A stretch of DNA of 63,531 nt, the filler included, from Octopus bimaculoides (Eukaryota): assembly GCF_001194135.2 (NCBI RefSeq). It is 8 parts of 7 records of this genome, joined end to end, with 100 filler letters (N's around TTAATTAATTAA, not from the genome) between each part and the next. Parts side by side here need not be neighbours in the genome. Positions count along the whole stretch, not along the records: positions 32,158 to 42,970 come from NC_068991.1; positions 43,071 to 51,984 come from NC_068981.1; 6 more parts are not named here. One strand, given 5' to 3'. Positions 37,405-50,960 of the stretch are shown one piece after another; position 1 is the stretch's first letter; every line of letters starts with the position of its first letter. Made by a program: the position numbers and the translations under genes. Below the pieces are notes generated by a model. That model was not told the origin of the DNA, made no database searches, and was given only the letters and a program-made list of their open reading frames with translations.

Positions 37405-37732
37405 GTTGGAGCACTCCGTCGGTTACGACAACGAGGGTCCCAGCTGATCCGATCAACGGAACAGCCTGCTCGTGAAATTAACGTGCAAGTGGCTGAGCAC
37501 TCCACACACATGCGTATCCTTAACGTAGTTCTCAAGGAAATTGAGCGTGACACAGAGTGTGACAAGGCTGGCCCTTTGAAATACAGATACTACTCATTTT
37601 TGCCAGCTGAGTGAAGTGGAGCAACGTGAAATAAAGTGTCTTGCTCAAGGACACAACGCGTCGCCAGGAATTGAACTCACGACCGTAAGGTCGTGATCCG
37701 AATGCCCTATCCACTAAGCCACGTTCCTTCAT
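37405..37732 (-). mobile_element. tRNA-headed SINE family D (CORE-like centre, tail shared with family C)
   Basis: Minus strand: GTGGCTTAGTGGATAGGG...GAGTTCAATTCC...GTTGTGTCCTTGAGCAAGACACTTTATTTCACGTTGCTCC...CACTTGCACGTTAATTTCACGAGCAGG. Confidence 0.8.
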
Positions 37733-39696
37733 ACAACACCCTAATCACTCGACCACACACCTTTACATGATAGTTATTACAGCTGTAAATGTATTTGCCA
37801 ATAACTCAATGTTTTTATTTGAGCTCAGGGATGGGAGACAACCGAGGGCATGTTTCTGCCTTATCTGATTTCTCGTCAACACAACATTATCTTTCTTCAC
37901 GTACTTAATGAAGCAATGATGCATGAAACTCGAATTAAATGTATATTATCGTATATTGGTTTGCGAACTGAACGTTCAAGACTGAATCGTTTTGTTTTTA
38001 CTTGTTTCTGACTGTGGATTGCGGCCATGCTGGGGTACCAACTTGAAGGGTAATAGTCTAGCAAACTGACTCCAGATTATTTTTTCAAATCTGGTACTTA
38101 TTCTTATCGGTCTCTTGTTGAGGCCGCTAAGTTACGGAGACGCAATCAAACCAACACCAGTTCTCAAGCGGTTATGGAATAAAACACAAACACAAAACCA
38201 GACACCTATATACGCATCCATATACACATACATAAATGCATGTACACCTATATCACTTATCTTTTGCTTGTTTCACTCATTGGACTGCAGCCATGCCGAG
38301 GTACCACCATGCCAGGTACGGTCGGACAAATCAACAGTATTTCTTCTTTAAAATTTGATCTTTATACTACCGGTCTCTCTTTTAGAGAAACCACTAAGTT
38401 ATGGGAACGTAAACAAGCAAAGACCGGTGGGGGAGACAAACACGCACACATACAAACATGCATACATATATACATGTATAACATATATCCATAACATACA
38501 TACACATCTATACGCACAACAGGCTTCCATACAGATTTCATCAACACATTTGTTGTCCATGGGGTTACATAAATAAAAAAAAAAACAATTGCCGAAGGTG
38601 CCACGCAGTAGGACTGAACACGAAACCACACGGTATATATATGACTCCAAAGCGAGCTTCCTAACCACACAGCCATGCATGTGCATGGACACACACACAC
38701 NNNNNNNNNNNNNNNNNNNNNNNNNNNNNNNNNNNNNNNNNNNNNNNNNNNNNNNNNNNNNNNNNNNNNNNNNNNNNNNNNNNNNNNNNNNNNNNNNNNN
38801 NNNNNNNNNNNNNNNNNNNNNNNNNNNNNNNNNNNNNNNNNNNNNNNNNNNNNNNNNNNNNNNNNNNNNNNNNNNNNNNNNNNNNNNNNNNNNNNNNNNN
38901 NNNNNNNNNNNNNNNNNNNNNNNNNNNNNNNNNNNNNNNNNNNNNNNNNNNNNNNNNNNNNNNNNNNNNNNNNNNNNNNNNNNNNNNNNNNNNNNNNNNN
39001 NNNNNNNNNNNNNNNNNNNNNNNNNNNNNNNNNNNNNNNNNNNNNNNNNNNNNNNNNNNNNNNNNNNNNNNNNNNNNNNNNNNNNNNNNNNNNATATATA
39101 TATACACACACACACACACATAAATACATATATATATATATATATATGGTAAGAAGAGAACACAGCACACAACTTAAATGTAAATATGCTAGGATCTCAG
39201 ATATACATACAACCGTATTTTTTTTATTAAATATATAGAACACACCCCTGAGGTATTTTCCCGCTCAGCCATTTCGTTAGGAATCCAATCCCGCCTTTCC
39301 CGTTGAAACCTGAGACGCAGGTTCCGGTCACCCCAGGTCCTTGCATTTTTTATTCTCTTTCATAAAGAAAATGGCTTCTTTGTATTAGCATGTTTCGCTT
39401 TGTTTAATAATATAAACGACATACCACATACACATATACATCTGTTACATAGTTATATATAGATACGTACACGCACGCTCGCGCACATATTTGTATGTCA
39501 TGTATATGGATTTATATAGTGATAAATGCGCGACTCTCTCTGTCTCTCTCACTCTCACTCTCTCTCGCTCTCCCTATCTCCCCTCTCTCCCACTCACCAT
39601 CTCTTACTCTCTCTCTATATATACACACACACATGGACGGTGTTTTTGTTTGTATGTGTGTATGTATGCGTGAATATATATATATGTATGTATGTG

Positions 39697-39738
<42 letters not shown>

Positions 39739-40550
39739 NNNNNNNNNNNNNNNNNNNNNNNNNNNNNNNNNNNNNNNNNNNNNNNNNNNNNNNNNNNNNN
39801 NNNNNNNNNNNNNNNNNNNNNNNNNNNNNNNNNNNNNNNNNNNNNNNNNNNNNNNNNNNNNNNNNNNNNNNNNNNNNNNNNNNNNNNNNNNNNNNNNNNN
39901 NNNNNNNNNNNNNNNNNNNNNNNNNNNNNNNNNNNNNNNNNNNNNNNNNNNNNNNNNNNNNNNNNNNNNNNNNNNNNNNNNNNNNNNNNNNNNNNNNNNN
40001 NNNNNNNNNNNNNNNNNNNNNNNNNNNNNNNNNNNNNNNNNNNNNNNNNNNNNNNNNNNNNNNNNNNNNNNNNNNNNNNNNNNNNNNNNNNNNNNNNNNN
40101 NNNNNNNNNNNNNNNNNNNNNNNNNNNNNNNNNNNNNNNNNNNNNNNNNNNNNNNNNNNNNNNNNNNNNNNNNNNNNNNNNNNNNNNNNNNNNNNNNNNN
40201 NNNNNNNNNNNNNNNNNNNNNNNNNNNNNNNNNNNNNNNNNNNNNNNNNNNNNNNNNNNNNNNNNNNNNNNNNNNNNNNNNNNNNNNNNNNNNNNNNNNN
40301 NNNNNNNNNNNNNNNNNNNNNNNNNNNNNNNNNNNNNNNNNNNNNNNNNNNNNNNNNNNNNNNNNNNTATATATATATTATACGCATACGTAGACCTACA
40401 GGACACCTAATACGATATAACACACACGTTAAATGCACTCAAGTGAAATGTACCGCCCCCTTCTAGTGTCAATCGGGTTTACGGATTTGCCCCTAATTTT
40501 GGGGTCACGTAGATTAAAGTGTGTGAACTGAGCTCTCATAACCCACACTT

Positions 40551-40583
<33 letters not shown>

Positions 40584-41293
40584 TTCTCTCTCTCTCTCTC
40601 TGTCTCTGTCTGTCTGTCTCTCTCTCTCTCTATCTATCTATCTATTCATCTATCTATCTCTCTATCTCTCGTTCACGCACAATGTGTATCTGTATGCTTG
40701 TTTATCTGTCTGTTTCTCTGGCTCTCTCTCTCTCCTTCTCTCCCTCCCTCCCCCCTCTGTCTCTCCTTTACTCACTCTCTTTCACATACCCGGTGTATCT
40801 GTGCTTATTTCTCTGTCTGTCTGTCTGCCTGTGCGTCTATGTTTCTCTCTCTTTGTCTGTTTGTCTCTCTCTCTCCATCTCTCTCCCTTTTCTCGTCTCT
40901 CTCTCACTCTTTTCCTTACTTTCACTTTCAGCGCCTGTATAATTATGCGCGTGAATATGTGCAATTGTGAGTGTAAATGTATGTACGTAATGTGTGTGCG
41001 CGTGTGCGTATGTATGTGTGTGTGCGCGCGCATGCGTGTGTGTGTGTCTGTGCGTATGTGGTTGTATGTGTGTGTATGTTTGCTTGTGGGTGGGGAGGTT
41101 CTTTAACTGTCACTCCTTTATTGTCTCTCCCATTTCGCGCGTATGTATACACGTGTGTGCGCGTATGTGTTTGAATGTATGTTTATATGATTGTGTATGC
41201 GTGTTAGTGCATATGTGTGTGCATGTATGTGTGTATGCGTATATATATATATATATGTAGATATATATACATATATATGCCTATATTATATAT

Positions 41294-41330
<37 letters not shown>

Positions 41331-42099
41331 CATAATTATGTATATATACACACATCTGTGTATGTGTTTGTGTGTGTGTGTGTGTGTGAGCGCATGGCCT
41401 AGTGGTTATGGTGTTGCACCCACGTTCGCAAGATTGTGGTTTCGATCTATGGACCGAGTAATTTGTTGTGTCCTTGAGCAAGACACTTCATCTCACGTTG
41501 CCCTGCGATTACTTTGACTCCTGATGTGTGATACACCGTGCACCTGTGCAAGGGACTTCGATTTGATGAAGGGCGTGAGCCAATACATTTGATCGCTATA
41601 AACAAATTATTTGTGAACCCCAGGTTTATAAACAGTACCAGGTGACAGCAATTGGTGCGTGCTTGTGAAGACACACTGCTGCATGGAATATTCAAAGACA
41701 AAATAATACAAGGAAATCACAATTGGTGCGTACTAATGAAGGCACTGCTGCCTAGAATAATCGAAGATTAAGTAATGTTAGTGCGGTAGCATAATCTCAA
41801 AGTAAGCATATGAAATAAAGGGAACGTACGTTTGCTGGAAGAGCAGTGGCATCGACATTCTACCGCTCTTTATGCTTTCATGACGTGGAAGAGATACCAT
41901 AGCAATCTGAGAAATATTCTGAAGATTTTTCTGCAACAGGACACGCATCAGCTATATCATTTATGTGTAGTTTCTTCCTGCATTTCAAACAAATCTACAA
42001 ATTGAAGAACATAAAAGCAATTCCAGTAAAACAAAGTTTAAAGCTTCGAATTTGTAGTTCAAATGGAAAATTCAAGCTGCGTCGAATTATGGGGATTCC

Positions 42100-42322
42100 A
42101 GCATTATTGGTTTCATATTTTGGCACAAGGCCAGCAATTTCGGGGGAGGTGTGCGGCGGAAAGAGGTGGTTAAATCGATTACATCGAACCCAGTGTACAG
42201 CTGGTACTTATTTTATCGACCACGAAAGGGTGAGAGGCTGAGCCGGCCTCAGAACATAAAGACTAGTGAAATGCCACGAAGCATTTTGTCCAGCGTGTTA
42301 AGGATTCCGGCAGCTCACCACC

Positions 42323-42364
<42 letters not shown>

Positions 42365-42580
42365 TTTGTTATAGGCACAAGGCCTGAAATTTAGGGGAAG
42401 GGGACAAGTCGATTACATCGACACCGGTACTCAACTGATACTTATTTCAACGGCCTCGAAAGGACGGAAGGTTAAGTCGAAATCGGCGGAATTTGAACGC
42501 AGGACGTAGAGACAGACGAAATGTCGCTATGCATTTTGTCCGGTGCGGTAACGATTCTGCCAACTTGCCGTGTTAATAAT
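42100..42580 (-). mobile_element. Two tandem SINE family B copies
   Basis: Repeated GGCACAAGGCC...GTCGATTACATCGA...GGTACTTATTT units separated by (AAT)n. Confidence 0.75.
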
Positions 42581-42814
42581 AACGACAACAACAACAACGA
42601 CCGCGACAACGATGATGATAGTTTCTTTTATTTGCGACCAAGGTGACAAATGAAGGAGACAATTCAAAGGTAGACATAAAATGTGGTGTGTTACACCGTT
42701 TGATTCCGGGTTCAGTTCCGCTTCATGGCACCTTGGTCAAGTGTCTTCTACTATAGCCTCGGGCCGACCAAAGCCTTGTGAGTGGATTTGGTAGGCAGAA
42801 ACTGAAAAAAAGGG

Positions 42815-42970
42815 CCTCGTGCTGGCAGAAACATTAGCACGCCGGACGAAATGCTTAGCGGTATTTCGTCTACCACTGCGTTCTGAGTTCAAATTCCGCC
42901 GAGGTCGACTTTGCCTTTCATCCTTTCGGGGTCAGTTATGCACTGGGGTCGATGTAATCGACTTAATCCT
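42815..42970 (+). mobile_element. SINE family B copy
   Basis: GCTGGCAGAAACATTAGCACGCCGG...GAGTTCAAATTCCGCCGAGGTCGACTTTGCC. Confidence 0.8.
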
Positions 42971-43070
42971 NNNNNNNNNNNNNNNNNNNNNNNNNNNNNN
43001 NNNNNNNNNNNNNNTTAATTAATTAANNNNNNNNNNNNNNNNNNNNNNNNNNNNNNNNNNNNNNNNNNNN

Positions 43071-43329
43071 CCAGGAACCTTTTCCAATTTTCTTTTATGT
43101 ATTGGGAAAGGGTGTTTCCAAAGGTGGATAAAGATTCCTGGTATATTATTATTTCCAAGTAACCCATTGTTAGGTTCGCAATGACTGGAGCTGCCCTAGT
43201 GCCCATAGCAATTCCGGATTTTTGTCGGTAGAAAGTATTGTCAAACATGAAGTGGTTGTTTCGTAAGATGAATTCAACCGATTTAGTAATGAATTCTTTA
43301 CTGATCCTGTTTGGGATTTCTTTCGGGAA
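43071..43329 (-). mobile_element. Penelope-like element reverse-transcriptase fragment
   Basis: Open frame FPKEIPNRISKEFITKSVEFILRNNHFMFDNTFYRQKSGIAMGTRAAPVIANLTMGYLE...ENWKRFL(D): PLE motif QxxGxAMG..AP..ANL.M..LE leading to the WxRxxDD motif. Cut by a gap. Confidence 0.9.
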
Positions 43330-44639
43330 TTAATCCAGCCAGAACTGAATTTTGGAGAGGTGGCAAAGTCGATTAGATCGAATCCAGCACGCAACTGGTA
43401 CTTAATTTATCGACCCCGAAAGGATGAAAGGTAAAGTCAACCTCGGCGGAATTTGAACCCAGAACGTAAAGACAGGCGCCTTAGTGTATATATAATAATG
43501 CTAACAAACTTACTATCTACAGCGTTCAAGTGCACTACAAAACAGCAGTAATTGTAGCCAAAGTGCAGGCACAGTACATAAACTAACGCATAGTAAGTGA
43601 ACAAAATAGTAGTCGTTTAAAGAAAAAGAACGGACAGGGAGAGGTGAGCGGGCTGTTCGAGAATTTCAAGAACAATGGAGATCCTGAATCATGTAGAGCA
43701 CCAACAGAGAGCAAGCAACTAATGTGGATAGTTTATTTCATGCTTCAGCAATTCTGAACGTGAGAAAATGCTTCCTCATATCATAGGAGTTGTGTTATTT
43801 TTAGATTTTGTAAGCAATTGCAAGTGTATAATACAGACGGAATTTAAGAATGCGCTCATGGTTTTTGTTGGTGGAAAAACCAACGGGAAACTTATGAAGT
43901 CAGTTGCTAAAACGCTAAAGCGTCATGTATGTATGTATGTATGTATGTATGTATGTATGTATGTATGTATNNNNNNNNNNNNNNNNNNNNNNNNNNNNNN
44001 NNNNNNNNNNNNNNNNNNNNNNNNNNNNNNNNNNNNNNNNNNNNNNNNNNNNNNNNNNNNNNNNNNNNNNCTTAATCATTTGTCCGCGATAAATTTGTTA
44101 CGTTAATCCACCATAAAAGCGACGAATTGTCAAACTTGTTAGACAGCTGGGCGGAATTTCTGGCAGGTTTGTTCTGGTTCTATGCACTTTCAAAAATCAT
44201 CGAAGTAAGTTTTGATTTCATTCTTCCGGTGTCAATTTATTAACTACCCTTCTCCTTCTTCTTTCCGTCTATTTACTTATTTATCTATCTATCTACATAT
44301 TTGTATGACTGTCTGCCATTATGTTTAAGAATCGTTGACGTTGCACTATTAGAAGGACTGTGGTGGGCAATTCCCATCATTCATTTTTCTAGAAATATGA
44401 AAAGACTTCCAGCATTTTCTCCCAATATCGCAGCAGCAGCAGCAAAATATATTCAAAGTTCATGTGTGTGTGTATGTGCGTGTATGTGTGTGTGTGCGTG
44501 CGCGCGTGTCTGTGTCAGACATCAGATTGACTCGGCAAATAAAAAGATAAGCTATAATCGTTTCCTTAAAAGTCCAGCACAGTGATACAGAGAAAACTTG
44601 CTTCCAGGAAGTACAGCAGCTAAACACAAAACACATGCA

Positions 44640-45303
44640 CAAGGTGAAAATAATATCAGACTACAAAAAGGTCTCATTCAGTGCCATTGCAAAGGATGTA
44701 CCTTCAGTAGAGTTCTGCATGAAGTCACCTAGTACAAATCGTATGTGATATGGATCAGTTTATGTCGAATGTAACAAAAATGAACCGTTCGATCAATGCA
44801 AAGTGCTTGTTAAACAAGTTAAAACACCAAAAGGCTGGAATACTTTGACTTTTCTCCGATGAGGAAAACTTCGATCAGGATCAAAAGTTTAACTGATTGG
44901 ATGACAGATAGTTATGCAGAGACCCGAATGAGGTCCCAGCAGTCATGCATACTAAGTTCCCAGTAACTGTGATGGACCCTGGAGTTGTCAGCAATGAGGG
45001 GAATATTATAACCTCTCATTTTTTTTCTCACAAGGCTTAAGAGTCAATGCCGGTGTCTACAGAGGCGTTGAAGATAGTTGTGAAGCCCAGATTAGACAGA
45101 GTACGCAACAAAAGACTGCGTTTCCAAGAAGAATCTGCGTCATGCTAATTAAACCAGGAAAACCGAAGCATGGATGCGTCGTAATCTCCATGATCATGTT
45201 CCCTCAGACACTTGGCCACATAAAGATCAGCTGATTCGGATATGTCAGCGCTTCCGATTCCGTATTGAAACAGTCATTGATACTAATGGTGTATTCATTG
45301 AAT
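44640..45303 (+). mobile_element. Tc1/mariner transposase fossil (maT/DD37D-like)
   Basis: FSDEENFDQDQK, VMHTKFPVTV, GVVSNEG, GLRVNA, VVKP, FQEESA and C-terminal RICQRFRFRIETVIDTNGVFIE*. Stops, frameshifts and deletion of the third-D region. Confidence 0.8.
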
Positions 45304-45430
45304 AGGCATGACAATTGGATTCTCAAGATTATTTGTACCAATTTGTTTTCAAAGCTTTTTTTAATAAGCTATGCGTCTTTTTCTATATTCGTACTACAAA
45401 TGACCTCAAAAAGCTGACTCGTTCTGACTC

Positions 45431-45477
<47 letters not shown>

Positions 45478-45639
45478 TGCTATGCAATTGACGGTTTAAA
45501 GGGTTACTACTTGTTATATTGCCGATGCTAGAGTTTCAGCCGAAACTCACCTTTGTGTTTTGTCTGTTAAACAGCTTAAGAATTTTGCTTCCAACAACGA
45601 AATATTGGGAAACAAAATAATGTGCGGCTGTATCCCAGG

Positions 45640-45945
45640 CAGCATGGTTATGATATAGTATACAAAGAAGGATAACAGAGAAATACCGTTAGTAGGAGAG
45701 TTTAGGAAGATAAAGGGGGAGGATGGAACTGTGTACTTGAATAAGTCAATGGAAGTTAAGTCAAGAGAAATTAAAAGTACTTAAGAACAAGAAAAGAAGA
45801 AGTGAAAAAGGAAAAAGTTGAAAATAAAAACATGAAAAAAATTGAAAACATGAAAAAAATCGAAAAAGTACACAAACTTCAGAAAACACTCGAAGAAAAT
45901 GTTTCTAGTACAATGTATAAAATATCAAAAATTCTCAAGGAATCT
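45640..45945 (+). repeat. Inverted, diverged copy of the 5' part of the adjacent Penelope-like element
   Basis: Aligns by eye to the reverse complement of about 47355-47620 (e.g. TTAGTAGGAGA, AAGAGAAATTAAAAGTA.TTAAGAA.AAGAAAAG, ATGTATAAAATAT). Confidence 0.65.
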
Positions 45946-46064
45946 CGAATACATTTGAAGGCTTCAGAGTTATAAAGTTAAAAACAGTTGGCTGGTTGGT
46001 TGGCTGGTTGGTTGGTTGGTTGGTCAGTCAGTCCGTCCGTTCGTTGCTTTGTTAGATAAATAAA

Positions 46065-46067
46065 TAA

Positions 46068-46126
<59 letters not shown>
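46065..46126. repeat. (ATAG)n microsatellite
   Basis: Pure tetranucleotide array. Confidence 0.95.
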
Positions 46127-46127
<1 letters not shown>

Positions 46128-46199
46128 CGTGTAATCTGTGGATAGCCTTGTAGCTAGTTGTTGGGTTAAGTTTAAATTTGTGAGCACTTTTGGATCAAA

Positions 46200-47770
46200 C
46201 ATTCTTGAGACGTTTATTTTGCTTTCAGAAGTGGATTTTGCCGGCGTTAGTTAAAGGCTCTGGAAACAGTGGGTGAATTTCCAGCCAGTAAGCTCATTCC
46301 AGCGGTTAAGTTTGGTTGCTCTCTTTTTAATGAAGTGTGCCTGTTTTATTCTCAGGTTGACTGCATCCGTCCTCCATGCCAGTATACGGGTGGCGAAATC
46401 CCTACCACAATGTTGGTGATTTTGAAATGCAGCGCTGGGAGGTGTAACTTTGTGGAGATGTTCCTTTACTCGGAAGTGAAGCTACTTTCTTCTCGATCCT
46501 CTGTACGTTTCGTCACAAGAACAAGTCATTTCGTACACTACCCAAGATTCAATACATAGCCAGACGCTGTCCGTTGTCTGTCTTGCTTTGATTGGGCATT
46601 GTTTCAAACAGGATGTGTCCAGGGTGTTGTTTGTGTAAGAGAAGTAGTGTGTAAGGGTGTTGGTTCGTGATTGTCCCAGAGAGACCAGCTCTTTTGATGT
46701 TGCTTTTTATTTTGTTTTCTATCCTCTCTCCATAGTATGAAAGATTGACATATATCCATTCATTATTCCTCCGTTTTTCTCTTTCTTTCTTCTTTCTTCT
46801 TTCTCTCCGTTGTTATTGATGCTAGTTTTGTTGTTGTTCTCATTGGACCCGCTGTGGATGTTGATGTTGTTGTTACTGTGGTTGCTGTTCTTCTTATGGT
46901 CACTGTAGCTGTTGCTGCCACTCTTCATCCTGTTCTTACTACTTTTATTGTAGATGCTTGACTTACCTCTGTCGATGTTGTGGTCACCGTTGCTATTGTC
47001 GTCACCGGTTGGTCAGTCGTCAATGTCTCCATAGTTGTTGTTCTTGCCGCTGTTGTTGCTGTTGATGATGATGATGGTCTTGTCGTGGTGTCTTGGCACT
47101 TGTTTTTCTCGTGCGTTTAGAGTGTCACACACTTTTTCTGTATCCTTTGAGGCACAGCATCTTAATGAAATCCGTCCTTACATTGTTCTTAATTTCAGAC
47201 ATGTCACATTTCCTTATGCGGCACTTGAACTCGCAAAAGACCACATTGTGCGTCAAAGCCTGTGGATATGCTGAATCTTAGTGGATGTCTTTCTTTGCCC
47301 CTCTCTCTCTCTAACAAGTGGATTGTCGCATGTCTTGATGTAAAGGGTACGTTGAACATTTTTTATATTTTATACATTATTCCAGAAACTTTTTCTTCCA
47401 GAGCTCACAATTTCACACTTTTTCATTCTTTCAATTTTTTCATTTTCGACAATTTCATTTTTTTGACCTTCACTTTTCTTATTCTTAACTACTTTTAATT
47501 TCTCTTAACTGCTCTTAATTTGACTTCAACTGATTTATTCAGTTACAATGTTTCATACTCCTCCTTTAACTTCTTAACTTCTCCTACTAATGGCGTTACC
47601 CTGTTTTCTACTAGAAATGACGGTATAAACATTTAGAAATGGCAAACATTCTCCAAAGAACATTATTTTCAATAGCAAACCTACGTCGTCGAATTCCCCA
47701 AACACCACTCTCTTACCGTCTGAGAAATGAAGAAGCACTGGATAATGTAATCTGATGTACACTGTACCTG
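46200..47770 (-). mobile_element. Internally deleted Penelope-like element (N-terminal region, RT thumb, GIY-YIG endonuclease)
   Basis: 47125-47274 reads SAYPQALTHNVVFCEFKCRIRKC...KMLCLKGY (thumb). 46251-46610 reads VVYEMTCSCDETYRGS...LHFRVKEHL...LRIKQAHFIKKRATKLNR (GIY-YIG). Lys/Glu-rich decayed frame at 47350-47620. Confidence 0.85.
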
Positions 47771-48334
47771 AAAATAAAGAGTGGAATAGTCATAGCTGCA
47801 ATGTCTTTCGTTTTACATCTGCTCGATCAAGGTTGAATTAAAGCTAAACGCAAACTACAAGACAGAACAACCTACTTCTTCAATTTTCTCGTGCTCTGAC
47901 CACAAGGAAAATTATGTTCTTCGAGTGGCAACAGCAAGGAAAATGCCATATGTAGAATCAAGTTTCTTTTGTTTTTGTTTTTTTTGTTAATGAATTCCTT
48001 TACTTGATATAAGTATTGACTCAGTGCAGTATAAAGACAATACTTAGAAAAAGTGGATATATTAAAAATCAGTCTGCCTCTACATAATTAGATTAAAAAC
48101 AGTTGTGTTAAACAAGTATGAAAAAATTTTTCACGAGTGACAAACTTGTTACATGTTTCCAGCTAACCTTTACACACAATCTAAAGGATAGGCATTGAGT
48201 AGTTCTGTCGAGAATAAACTTATACATTTTGTGTGTTTGCAAGTTTTCCTAATATCTTGTAAAGAAATCATTAATACTTTGAATATTCGTAATCACTTGG
48301 CAGTATAGAAAAGTATATCATGCTATATAATGCA

Positions 48335-48343
48335 TGTGTGTGT

Positions 48344-48428
<85 letters not shown>

Positions 48429-48435
48429 TGTGTGT

Positions 48436-48478
<43 letters not shown>

Positions 48479-48488
48479 TGTGTGTGTG
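48335..48488. repeat. (GT)n microsatellite
   Basis: Long, nearly pure GT array. Confidence 0.95.
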
Positions 48489-48618
48489 AAATTGTAAATC
48501 ACTTTTGAAAGATAACTGATGAGGAATTAGCAAAGTACCGTCTTGTGTATGAATATTCTGTTTATTTCTTTGCTTCGTTTCTGTTCAAAATTTTGAAATC
48601 TATATATACATACACTTC

Positions 48619-48837
48619 CACAAACTCCAGTCTAACCTCTCCACCTCACACATCTTCCTCAACCTACCCTTTTCCTCCTGCAAACGCGCCCATAACCCAC
48701 GCGTCCTTCTGGTCCATAGCGGCATCTCCATTCCTAGCACCCAACCTGACCCCCTCAATTTCTCTCATCCGCGCTGTCGCAGCTGCTTTTATTTCTCCAC
48801 CACCACTTTCCTCACCGACACACATTTTATTATTTAA
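48619..48837 (+). mobile_element. Penelope-like RT-EN linker fragment
   Basis: HKLQSNLSTSHIFLNLPFSSCKRAHNPRVLLVHSGI...HPRCRSCFYFSTT resembles the PLE linker IF..PP...KR..NL...LV.S followed by a PRC..C zinc-knuckle start. Confidence 0.55.
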
Positions 48838-49739
48838 TACTTTATCAAATAATGAAGGACATATATTTCACGAAGACAAACTGCAGCCTATGGAAATCTC
48901 TACACTACATCAAGATCAAAGCCTATTACAAGAACAAATTAGAAATTGTAGTACGGTATGTGCTTTTACCACACAACTTGCACTGGTTTTCGATAAAACG
49001 TCTGTATGTTAATATTAAAACGTTGGATGTGAGTGTACGCGTGCATGTGTGCGTGTTAATCTGTCTATTTGCTAAAACAGTTCATTCATTCATTGGCCTG
49101 CATCAAATTTCAATCACAAATACTAGAGAAAAAACAGTTGTCAACCACGCAAGAGATTTATGTCACATGTATTATCCAATGCATGTTCATCAGATGGTAC
49201 GATCGATTTGGGTGTATATAATATCAACTTAACTATCATATATTCACTTAAATAATTCGCTCGACTAATGGTGGAGCATAGACAATGTAAATTTGGCACA
49301 CTTTCCACGTCCAGTGTTATATGTACTCTATTTCACATAAAAAAACATTAGCATAGATTCAGAATCTATCATTAGAGAGACTAGTAAACTTGAGGTCGGG
49401 TGTTCGAATTGCTCTCGAATTTAAGATAATGCTTGCCTCCAACATTCAAATAAGCGCATTTGATTGACATAATCGTTATAGTATCATGAGGTATTTTTTA
49501 CCTCATGTTAAGTTCTGAATTTAAATCCCATCGATGTCAACTTCAACTTTCGTACTTGTGGGGTCAATAAAATGAAGTAGCACAAATAAACAGTCCATCT
49601 AATCAACAAATTCAGCTTCTCAAAATTTCTGCTCTTGTCTCTCTTCCAGAAATCATTAATACATCAATACAAATTTTGATCAGAAACATAAACAGCTTTT
49701 GTTCCCTTTAAAAAAAAATAAAAAGTAGAGACAAGCATT

Positions 49740-50300
49740 CTCACGCTTTTCTATATCGTCTTTTGCTACTCTAATAACCTCTGTTCCTCCCTGCTGGTTG
49801 GTTTCATTCCTTCATGACTCAAGCACTCTCATCCTGCTGTCGTTTCCGCTTTCCTTAACACCCAGTGCGTCCAATCCCTCAGACATAATCTAAGCATTAT
49901 TCGCAAATGTAACATTATAGATATGTGACTCTAGTCACTGCAGCCATTGGTCCAGAAATAGTGTGAGAAAGCGACATCAACGTAAGACATTCGCTTTTAT
50001 CTCAAATGTACAGATATATGGCCAGGGCACATCCGTAGCATAATCAGGAATGTATCCCAAACATTTATCTTTCTCTCCAAAGCCAATAAGTATTTGAGTC
50101 CCAAACAGCTTCTATTTGTCAGCAGTTAGAAGCTGCTTGGGGTGTAAAATAAGGCAGTACTACTCCCATACCTTGGACAGGGTTGTTGCAGGGTACAGAG
50201 ACATCCTAGATAGCATGCTGAAATGATCCGCTCAGCTCATTGGAATTCAATCAATAACGGACATGCTGTCTCTTCTCTCTGTCTTTTCTATTGCACCTAT
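49740..50300 (-). mobile_element. Highly decayed LINE C-terminal fragment (RTE-like)
   Basis: Weak remnants of the GHV.RK...RVL...GR...R..D..K.D pattern. Many stops. Confidence 0.3.
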
Positions 50301-50900
50301 AATGGCTACTTCTCTTCGGAACCAGCTGCTATCCTACCTCTATTACTCGGTCATCTCGACCCACAAGTTGTTTTACCTTGCATTACACTTTTTTACCTCT
50401 AATTCCTCGGCCACGCTCAAAACCACTATGCCCAGTCATTTCTGCTAGAAATCTGGCCCTCACGATCTTCTCCAAAACCATGAGTTTCCTGCATATGCTG
50501 ATCTGCGACTGATCAGCACGTGCAGCCATTGCTATTACATGACGTCTTTGAAACTGACAAAATGTATAAATCGACATTAGTCTGGAACGAAGAATACCAG
50601 AAAATTGATGGGAACTTTTGAGTATAGTTTATATTATATTTAGCAAATTTCATTCTGTTCGTTTCCGTAAGGTAGAAGTCGTTGCATTAGTAAGCGTTAG
50701 ATGAACACAAAAGAAATTAAATTGTGTATTTGTATATATGTGTGTGTGTAAGTACGTGCGCGTGGCGTGTGCGTGTACGTGTGTGTGTATGTATGCATGT
50801 ANNNNNNNNNNGGCTTGGCGATAACTATTAATATCCAGTACCGCTGCCGTAGTCTCCTTCAAAGAGACTTAGAAATATTAATATTTCTATTTTGTGTGTG

Positions 50901-50958
<58 letters not shown>
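50901..50958. repeat. (TAG)n microsatellite
   Basis: Pure trinucleotide array. Confidence 0.95.

Positions 50959-50960
<2 letters not shown>

Noticed and set aside
47717-47767. 51-nt minus-strand segment with strong acceptor (TTTATTTTCAG) and donor (GTAAGA)
   Set aside because: All three frames are open with no recognisable host protein, and it lies within the decayed N-terminal region of the PLE (SFLRR-like motif). It cannot be called an exon without RNA data.
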